A DNA stretch of 62,493 bases from a virus. Its lineage: Duplodnaviria > Caudoviricetes. The stretch spans positions 1 to 62,493 of the IMG/VR virus record IMGVR_UViG_3300044527_000635. One strand, given 5' to 3'. Below the pieces are notes generated by a model. That model was not told the DNA's origin. It ran no database searches and saw only the letters and a program-made list of their open reading frames with translations. Position numbers and translations under genes: made by a program. This document shows, piece by piece, positions 37,421-46,300 of this stretch. Every line of letters begins with the position of its first letter. Positions within the stretch are counted from its first letter, which is position 1.

Positions 37421-40400
37421 TTAATTTAAAGGTCCGAATAATGGGATATAAACTTTGTCTGTTCCTGCTGCACCTGTCATAATTGGTAACCAACCTTTAA
37501 GGGTCCTACCAGCGGTGCCTCCTGCTGGGCTTTCTATTAAAGCTGTTTCTACTCTTATTACAGGAACAGAGCCATTGCCTTTAATGTGAAGCCTTGCTGC
37601 GTTTGGAGCGGTAAGACCAATGCCAACATTTCCATCTCTATCAAAAATATGGTTTGTTGTTCCATTGATTTGAAGAGTTAATATGTCGTAAGAGTTGCTT
37701 ACTGAACTAATTATAGCTCCACCACCATTACTAACAGTCAATCCTCTAGTGCTTGATCCGCTATCGTCACTAATTAAGACGGTGCCGTTATTAACTGCTG
37801 GTCTAATATTACCTTGAGAAGCGCTAGTTCCAGTAACAAAAATTCCTCCAACATTTGTAGTCCCCACTACTCTAAAAGAACCGACTACATCAAGTTTAGT
37901 AGTAGGAGCAGCCTTGTTAATACCAACATCCCCAGCAGTAGTAATAATAACGCTATTTGCTACACCATTAGCATGAAATCCAAAACCGCCATTATTATTG
38001 TACAAATTCATTGAATCTGTGCCACCCCAACTTGCACTGCTTCTATTTTTAAAGAATTGAGCATTACCATTACTCGTATACCAAATTAAATTTACATAGT
38101 CTGTATTAGCAGTGCTTCCTAGGCTTAATTGGCATGCAGTTTGATTATTGTAAAATCTACCTGCATCTAAGGCTGAAGAATATACATCTAAATTATAATT
38201 AGGATTTGTGCTGCCTATACCTACCCTTCCCTCTACAATTAATCCATTACTAGGAGCAGCAGTATTATAAGTAGTAGAACCGATGCTCGCGCCGCCAATT
38301 ACTGATAATTTATTAGCAGGATTACTAGTCCCAATGCCTATTTTGTTATTAATTAGAACGAAATCGCCGCTGCCATACTGACCAGCGACCACACGGTCAT
38401 CTGCAAATACCTCAAGCACTGGGAGACCAGCAGAGTTATTAACAGACATCAATGAATCAGATAAATCGTCAACTACTGAAAACAATGTACCATTTGTACC
38501 ATCTGTCCTCAAAACTGTCTCGCCAGCAATTGTAGATACAATGTGAAGTTTACCTGATGGGGTAGTCGTACCAATACCTACGCTGCCATTATAATTAAAA
38601 TTAACAGAATTCTGCCAAGCATTTGCAGAGTTATAAGTCCAAAGAGCTAAATTTGTACCTGCGGCATTTGGTTGAAAATTGTAAGCTCTAGTATTTGCTG
38701 CATTTGCTATATAAAGATGAGAACTTATTGAATCAGAACCATTTTTAAGAATTCTTACTCCATTTTGTCCACCTCCTACTATTAAAGTATTTGTGACTAC
38801 GAAACTACCATCTGTTTTAATGTGATCTGCTTCTGATCTATAAAGATTAGCTACAGAATTTGCGCCAAATGTTATTCCACTGGCTGGCAAAGTGGAACCC
38901 GCGCCGCCAACTGATAAGAGAGTAGTCCCATAACTAACACCAATACCTACTCTGCCATTGTCATTAATATGAAGTCTATTGGAAAGAGTTCCAGCAAATC
39001 TAGTAGCAAAAAATAAACCCCCATAACCGCCTCCAGCACTGTTTTCATAAGATCCTCTAATTTGAGCGATATCATGAGCGACATCTGCTATTCTAAAATT
39101 TAATCCAAATCCATTGGAGCTACCTTGTCCATCATTAGTTGATAAAGTTAAATATCTAATAGCAGCAGAAGCCAATTGAACATCTAATAAACTATATGGA
39201 GAAAGTGTACCAATTCCAACATTTGCACCAGTGATGACCATCCTTGTAGTGCTATTTGTACCAAAAGAAAGAGGTTGATTATTTACTGTTTGTAATTTCG
39301 CCTGATAAGAAGTTCCATCTCTTACTAAAGAGAACTCAGCAGAAGGAGTTCCCAATTCGCTCAATCTAAAACTCACTTTATTATTAGCAGAAACTCCATT
39401 GCTTCTAATATTAGCTAATATATTTTCGCCGCTATTTAAGTTAACTTGGAATTTGTCTCCGGGATTTGTTATACCTATACCAACATTTCCAACATTATCA
39501 ATAGACATTTTAGTAGTTGCAGCAGCGCCATTAGAAGTACCAAAAGCTAATTTATAATAATCAACACCAGCACCTTGGATCGCCTTGACGTAAGCACCAT
39601 GAGTATAGTATGAAGACAAAACGCTTCCCATTCTTAAAGTAATTTCTTCTCCATCTATATTATCTGTGCTGCCAATTAAGAATTCTGGGACACTATCAGC
39701 TACTATCGCTGTAGGAACGCTTGATTTAGCATAATTGTATACGTCTTCGCCCATTACAACCAATTTAGCAGTAGGATTATCTGTGCCTATACCAACATTA
39801 CCATTTGTATCGATACGAAAATATTCATTTACACCAATACCTTTTGTAATTGTAAATGATGTTGTTCCATATCCACCAACAAACCACTTACTTGTTCCAG
39901 CATTTAATAAATTAATACCATAATAACCAATTGTTGCAGAATCTAAATAAGCATAAGCACCTGCGGCAGTAGTTTTTGATCGTATAACAGCATCATTTGA
40001 TGTTTGATATATATCTAATTTATGACTAGGATTTGTTGTACCTATGCCGACACTACCGTTAACAAATAAATTGCCAGTAACATTGTCTATATAATTTGAC
40101 CCTCTGAAACTTTGTTGAGCAACATAGACTTTTACGTCACGAAAATAAATTCTTTGTCTAAATAAAGAAACTATTACCCTTAAATACTCATAATCATTTT
40201 GATTATTAATAGAAGTTTCTTTTATTAAATTCCATTTATTGTTTCTATAAACATAATGTAAAGCACCTGCTCCTTTTAAAACAGTTTTGAATCTCCACCA
40301 AGCATTTCTGGTATCAAACGAGTAATCAGAACCAGAGGAATTTGAATTTGTATATATGTCTATTGTAGTATTAGCTTGATAAATTAAATTGGCAGGTGTT

Positions 40401-43345
40401 TGATTATAACTAAAACTAACTGAATTTCCTCCAACAAATCCTATCATAACATAGATACCACCAGCACTATTATCTTGAGTAAAAGATTCATACTCTAAAG
40501 TTAAACCTTCAACTCTACGAAATCTTCTTTTACTTAAAATGCCTCTCTCCCAATTATCACTAGCCGCAGAATCAATAAACCAAGATCCATCTGCAAAACT
40601 ATTAGCTTGTGGATTATTAGTTAATCCTGAATAATCCCAGTCATTTATTGATCTATCAACTCCTCTAAATGAGTATTGATTTTGACCTTCTTCGTATTGC
40701 ATTATCGCAATTCCATTTACATCCAATTTTGCCCCCGGAACGTCCGTTCCTATCCCTACATCGCCTTGTTGAGTAACAACAAGTTGTTTTGTAAATGCAC
40801 CGCTGACATTCCAAACTGCAAAAGTATTAGCGCTATCTGCCCCAATGGCCCCTTGTCCAGTTGCACTCGCTGTTCTTCCTAAAACTAACTGTATCGAAGC
40901 GCTAGCTGCGCTAATTTGAGCGCCATAGTTTACCCTCTTATTTGCAATCAGAACACCAACCCCTAATTCATCAGCTACATACAGGTCTGCTCCAATATTT
41001 AAACTAGTGGCAACTTCTAAAGAGCCATCTGTTTTAATTGTCGAAGTGGCGCTTCTGTACAAATTAGCAGAAGCATCGCCGCCAAAAGATAAACCTTTTG
41101 CAGCAGTTGTCGAACTTGCTTCCCCTACGGTAAGCAAAGATAAAGGGGTAAAAGTACCTATCCCGACATTACCTAAACTAGTAATGCGCATTCTTTCGCC
41201 TTCATTAACACCACCTTCATGAGTGTTAAACGTAATAAACTGTGAATTGTAAGCTCCCGCAGCCGCTGCTGCATTATTTACCGTCATTCCTGCTGCAACA
41301 CTACCGCCATCTAATAAGCCAAATGTTATATTAGCTCCTCTATTTATTGTAGCGTGTGCCGTAAGGAAAGATCTGCGAACGGAAGTATCTGCGGTTGTAG
41401 AATTATAATTGACCTCTATGTTTCCTTGTACAGTGAGCTTTCCAACAGGACTTGTTGTGCCTATACCAACATTACCGCCCATCAATGCCAACTTTTGTGT
41501 ATCAATTCTTAAGCGAGTAGTATTGATTATAAAAATATTTCTATTTAAAAAATCAAATGTAGCAATGTTAGAACCATTCCAAGCCCATCCACAAACATTA
41601 GGAGTAATAGTAGTTATAGTGGCAATTGGAGTTCCATCTAATCCTACTTTATAAATATTTGCACCATTTTGTGTTACCCATAAATAAGAACCATCATATG
41701 TTATAGCTTGAGCGCTAATTGTACCCGCTGCACTTGCATACGATGACACAAAATCAATTGATGAACCATTCCATTTGTAAATATACAATGTACCAACATA
41801 AACTAAATATAAATGTCCATCAGCATATTCAATATCAAACGTATAAGGTACCGCAGTAATAGCAGCAGATTCTGCAATTATTGTTGCAGTTTGATTTGTT
41901 GTATCTAAATCATAACCTACTATTTTAGTTGCTGCTCCTGTGTAAACCACGCACCATAAATATCTACCATCCCAAGCAGCACCATGAGGATAATTATATC
42001 CAGATGGCAGTGGCAATGTTACGAAAAAATAACCATAAGCATTAGGTATTTGAACAAAATTATTATCATAAAAATAAGCACGATAATTAATATGATCAGT
42101 AAAAATATAATGTTTGCCAGTCCAAACCACGCCTCTAAATTCTTGATTTGCAACAAGTTTACCTGTATCATAATAAGTTAGACTAGAATCAGTAGTATCA
42201 GCGCCAAATGAACTAATACCCGGATAAGAAGTAGTATAAGAAGCGGTTTTATGAGAAAGCAGATTGGAGCTAAGTCTAATCGTCCCTACTACGTCTAATT
42301 TAGCGGTTGGACTTACTGTACCTATACCAACATTACCAGATGAGTTAATGCGCATTCTTTCTGCTAAACCATTATTATAATTTGTAAAAACTAAATCCGT
42401 CTGCGCAGCAGTAGTGTTCGATAAGACTGCGCTTATTATAGCTGTAGCTGAATAATTTCCTGCTACTATAAAAGATAGGGCGGATTCATTGTTAGTTGTA
42501 GCTGTTGCGGTATTTGCTAATGTTAAATTAAATACTTTTCCCCCAGCGCTAGAACCGCCAATTCTTGCGATAACGCTATTATCACTAACTACTGATATTG
42601 AATTTGAACCAACTTGCAAGGTAGCGGTTGGACTTGTTGTACTAATACCAACATTACCAGCGCCATCAATGCGCATTCTTTCTGTATAAGAACCATTATT
42701 CCAAGCAAAATAACCAGTGCCTCTTGTATAATAAGATGTATTGATGAATGCTGCCGTAGCTGCTCTGTCAATTGCCTCAATATAACAATTTGAAGAACCA
42801 ACTCCAAATTCAAATCCTCCGCCAGCACCATATACATGTAATTTTGTAGAAGGATTTGTCGTCCCTATGCCGACATTACCAGCACCAGCAATACGCATTC
42901 TTTCGATATCATTTGTCCCAAATATAATAGGAATAGTATTCGAAGTTCCAATCGCTAATAGCGTTGGATGAACTGCGCCGAGAGTAGTTGTGCCCAAAAA
43001 TGCTGCTCCAGAAGTATTTGCTCCGAATACCGTTCCTGCCACAGGATTAGGACCATACATTCCTGCTATTAGGACACCATCAGTGTTTGCTTTGGCTTGA
43101 AATTGAGCTACGCTAGTCAAAGTGTTAGAGTCAAGACGCATTATTGTAGCTGCGGCTCCACTTACATGGAGTTTTGAAGCTGGATTTGTTAACCCTATGC
43201 CTACGTTGCCAGCAGAAGTAATATAAACTCTATCAGTGTCACTCGTCTTTAATGACATCGCTTGAGCATCAGATGTCCTGATAATTAGCGTCCCCGCTGT
43301 TGAATTTACATCGTTTGATGCTGGTGTAATTACGATATCGCCCAT
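37421..43345 (-). CDS. Giant tail fibre/adhesin with GNVGIGT repeats, a beta-propeller and a lectin-like domain
   Basis: 1974 aa with many 'ERMRI..GNVGIGT..P..KL.V' units and C-terminal 'GWLPI...YIPLF'. Confidence 0.85.
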   Translation of the reverse strand: MGDIVITPASNDVNSTAGTLIIRTSDAQAMSLKTSDTDRVYITSAGNVGIGLTNPASKLHVSGAAATIMRLDSNTLTSVAQFQAKANTDGVLIAGMYGPNPVAGTVFGANTSGAAFLGTTTLGAVHPTLLAIGTSNTIPIIFGTNDIERMRIAGAGNVGIGTTNPSTKLHVYGAGGGFEFGVGSSNCYIEAIDRAATAAFINTSYYTRGTGYFAWNNGSYTERMRIDGAGNVGISTTSPTATLQVGSNSISVVSDNSVIARIGGSSAGGKVFNLTLANTATATTNNESALSFIVAGNYSATAIISAVLSNTTAAQTDLVFTNYNNGLAERMRINSSGNVGIGTVSPTAKLDVVGTIRLSSNLLSHKTASYTTSYPGISSFGADTTDSSLTYYDTGKLVANQEFRGVVWTGKHYIFTDHINYRAYFYDNNFVQIPNAYGYFFVTLPLPSGYNYPHGAAWDGRYLWCVVYTGAATKIVGYDLDTTNQTATIIAESAAITAVPYTFDIEYADGHLYLVYVGTLYIYKWNGSSIDFVSSYASAAGTISAQAITYDGSYLWVTQNGANIYKVGLDGTPIATITTITPNVCGWAWNGSNIATFDFLNRNIFIINTTRLRIDTQKLALMGGNVGIGTTSPVGKLTVQGNIEVNYNSTTADTSVRRSFLTAHATINRGANITFGLLDGGSVAAGMTVNNAAAAAGAYNSQFITFNTHEGGVNEGERMRITSLGNVGIGTFTPLSLLTVGEASSTTAAKGLSFGGDASANLYRSATSTIKTDGSLEVATSLNIGADLYVADELGVGVLIANKRVNYGAQISAASASIQLVLGRTASATGQGAIGADSANTFAVWNVSGAFTKQLVVTQQGDVGIGTDVPGAKLDVNGIAIMQYEEGQNQYSFRGVDRSINDWDYSGLTNNPQANSFADGSWFIDSAASDNWERGILSKRRFRRVEGLTLEYESFTQDNSAGGIYVMIGFVGGNSVSFSYNQTPANLIYQANTTIDIYTNSNSSGSDYSFDTRNAWWRFKTVLKGAGALHYVYRNNKWNLIKETSINNQNDYEYLRVIVSLFRQRIYFRDVKVYVAQQSFRGSNYIDNVTGNLFVNGSVGIGTTNPSHKLDIYQTSNDAVIRSKTTAAGAYAYLDSATIGYYGINLLNAGTSKWFVGGYGTTSFTITKGIGVNEYFRIDTNGNVGIGTDNPTAKLVVMGEDVYNYAKSSVPTAIVADSVPEFLIGSTDNIDGEEITLRMGSVLSSYYTHGAYVKAIQGAGVDYYKLAFGTSNGAAATTKMSIDNVGNVGIGITNPGDKFQVNLNSGENILANIRSNGVSANNKVSFRLSELGTPSAEFSLVRDGTSYQAKLQTVNNQPLSFGTNSTTRMVITGANVGIGTLSPYSLLDVQLASAAIRYLTLSTNDGQGSSNGFGLNFRIADVAHDIAQIRGSYENSAGGGYGGLFFATRFAGTLSNRLHINDNGRVGIGVSYGTTLLSVGGAGSTLPASGITFGANSVANLYRSEADHIKTDGSFVVTNTLIVGGGQNGVRILKNGSDSISSHLYIANAANTRAYNFQPNAAGTNLALWTYNSANAWQNSVNFNYNGSVGIGTTTPSGKLHIVSTIAGETVLRTDGTNGTLFSVVDDLSDSLMSVNNSAGLPVLEVFADDRVVAGQYGSGDFVLINNKIGIGTSNPANKLSVIGGASIGSTTYNTAAPSNGLIVEGRVGIGSTNPNYNLDVYSSALDAGRFYNNQTACQLSLGSTANTDYVNLIWYTSNGNAQFFKNRSSASWGGTDSMNLYNNNGGFGFHANGVANSVIITTAGDVGINKAAPTTKLDVVGSFRVVGTTNVGGIFVTGTSASQGNIRPAVNNGTVLISDDSGSSTRGLTVSNGGGAIISSVSNSYDILTLQINGTTNHIFDRDGNVGIGLTAPNAARLHIKGNGSVPVIRVETALIESPAGGTAGRTLKGWLPIMTGAAGTDKVYIPLFGPLN
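38342..38527 (-). repeat. 62-codon module, protein-identical to 45117..45302
   Basis: AGETVLRTDGTNGTLFSVVDDLSDSLMSVNNSAGLPVLEVFADDRVVAGQYGSGDFVLINNK occurs in both fibres. Confidence 0.95.
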
Positions 43346-43349
43346 ATTT

Positions 43350-46300
43350 TTATTCCGTATACCTTTCAGTTACAAGTTTAGAAACATCCTTACGTTCTGC
43401 AAAAATTGTATAATAATAATTATATATATTATCATCACTATCTGTATAAATGTATACTTTGTTGTCCCCTATTTGATCTACACTATAGTCTCTTACCTTA
43501 CCATCTTTACGTTTACCTATTGATGTTAAATCAACGGTTATTGAATCATCGTGAACTAAGCCTGACCAATAATGAGGTAGTTTTATTTCGCTATTATTAT
43601 TTCGGCCTCTGAAATAGACGCCGTTTTCTGGGCCTTCTAAAGAGGCATGCGCCAATCTCTTGCCAGAGACTGTTGGGTGAGTTATATCGAAACTTTTTGT
43701 TGTAGCAGCGAAGCTGCCGATTACTTGAAGCCTATATGTAGTATTAACAGCAGTATTTATTCCTACATAAGTGCCATCATCAAAGATTTGGCTATTTGCT
43801 ATTGATTTGGTGCCATTCCATTTCGTGATAAAGTTAGCAGTGCCATTGCCAGAAACAAGATTTGCGGCAGTTACATTTCCGGCAACTATTAAACTACCAT
43901 CTGTCTTTATTGTGTCTTCGGCAGATCTGTATAAATTAGCTTCAGCATCTCCGCCAAATGTTAAGCCGCTTGCTGCTAAAGCAGAACCTGCTCCACCAAC
44001 GTTTAAAAGAGAATTTGTTCCTCTTGATCCAACTAAAACTTTTGATCCGCTAATTGCAAAATTTACATTACTATTATGATCTTCTATAGACAGAGAATAG
44101 TCTGATGAATGATCTCTTATCCTTAATCCAGCGTTTGAAGTCGTTTGATTTGCTGCGCTTAAATTATTTCCTCTTTCTAAGAGAAGGATATTTGTTGCGG
44201 CAGGACTTCCAAAGAGTTCTTTAAAGAATGCAATTGGTTGAGCAGTGTTTGAATTCCTTGTTACATTAAGTAATCCAGTTGGCACTGAAGTTCCAATACC
44301 AACATTACCACCAAAAGGCTGAATATTTAATGGACTTACTCCAGCAGTATTAGTGTTATGTTGATAAGTTTGGATTAACCCATAAGTGAATCCAGCAGTA
44401 TTGACTGTTGCAACGGTCACTCTTACATTAGAAGAAAAAGAATCGCAAACATTAAAAGCATTAGCTCCAAAAGAATCAACTGATAGTTTGCCAGTTGGAT
44501 TTGTTGTACCTATACCGACATTACCGCCATTAGGATTTAATAAAAGAGGATAATTTGCCGCCAAACTAGTTTCATCAGTTGATTGTATCCAAGCGCCTAA
44601 GCCTCCCGCTCTAATCCCAAAATCTAGCACTGCGTTGTCTGTCGTATTGCTGATTCTAAATATACCACTTTGAGTTACGCCTACAGAAGCTGGATTTCCT
44701 ACTACTCCATCGACTTGCAATTTTTGTAAAGGACTTGTTATGCCTATACCAATATTTCCATCTCCTTTGATTGTTAATCTATCTGTACTATTAGTTTGTA
44801 AATTGAAAGATCTAACGCTGCTATCATGTCCAATATATAATGCAGTATCATTAATATTAAAAGTTGTAGTATATGCACTTGTAGAATTACCTGCAAATCT
44901 AAAAGCAGCTTTATCTCCGGGTTCAATACTTAGAGGAGTGGTATTATTAGCATCATAAACTCTTAACTTATAAGAAGAAGATGTTGTGCCTATTCCGACA
45001 CTACCTTCAACAATTAATCCATTTGCTGGAGCAGATACATTGTAACTATTTGAACCAATACTCGCGGCTCCAATTACTGATAATTTATTTGCTGGGTTAC
45101 TCGTACCAATTCCAACTTTATTATTAATTAAAACGAAGTCTCCACTTCCATATTGCCCAGCGACAACCCTATCATCAGCGAAGACTTCTAAGACTGGAAG
45201 ACCTGCTGAATTGTTTACTGACATTAATGAATCGCTAAGGTCATCAACGACTGAGAATAGGGTTCCGTTTGTGCCGTCTGTTCGAAGAACGGTTTCACCA
45301 GCAACTGAAGAGACGATATGAAGTTTACCACTTGGTTGATTTGTCCCTATACCAACATAACCTCCTTGATTGAATCTAATTGCTGATAACCAAGCATTTC
45401 CTGCGACATTTCCTACATTAATATCAATAGGATTAGTAAAAGCATTAGAGTATAGATTACTATTAAATTGAATATAATCTAAAGATCTTATTCGGCCAGC
45501 CGCTAAGAATGCGCCATCTGTTCTAATAGAAGCACTTGACTCTCTATATAAATTTGCACTAGCATCTGCACCAAAAGTTATACCACTTGCAGCGGCAGTG
45601 GAACCCGCGCCACCAACTGATAGAAGAGTCGTTGGAGAAGCTGTTCCTATACCGACTTTACCATCAGATGTTATTCTCGCTCTTTCGATTTCATTAAAAG
45701 AGAAAAGCAATGGATTTACAAACGTTGTACTTGCAGGTACTCTTACTTGCCATCCGCCGCCATAACTTTGCAAGTCCACCCCCGCATATGCAGAAATGCC
45801 ATTATTTTGGTTATTTATTCTTACATATGTTTGACTATTTGCTGTGTTATATACTTCTAATTTATGAGCAGGATTTGTAGTGCCTATGCCTACATTTCCG
45901 TTTTCATCAATAACAACTTGTGCAGTAGCAGCAACAGAAGGCAGAGAAGCTCCATTACAATTAAAAGCAATATAATCTACAGTATCAGAAATATGCCTTA
46001 TTAATGATCCATATGTTGGTCTTCCAAAACGAATACCGGGATCATTATTAGATTGCAAATCCAGCAAAACAGAATCTGCGCCCGCAGATTGCACCACGGT
46101 TAATCTACTAGTTGGACTTGTGGTTCCTATACCTATCCCAGTTCCTAAATCATAAATACTACCTGTAATTAATTCTTTAGCGCCATTCCAACGAGAGGTC
46201 CAGTTTGCTGTCCCTTGACCAGATAAGAAAGTACTACCTGCATAACCACTTAGAGAATTAATCCTAGCGTTAAGAGTTGAACCAGTTGCAGCTAGGTTCG

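Noticed and set aside
38342-45302. Diversity-generating retroelement TR/VR pair
   Set aside because: Differences are synonymous and involve all four bases, not adenine-specific changes, and there is no reverse transcriptase in the window.
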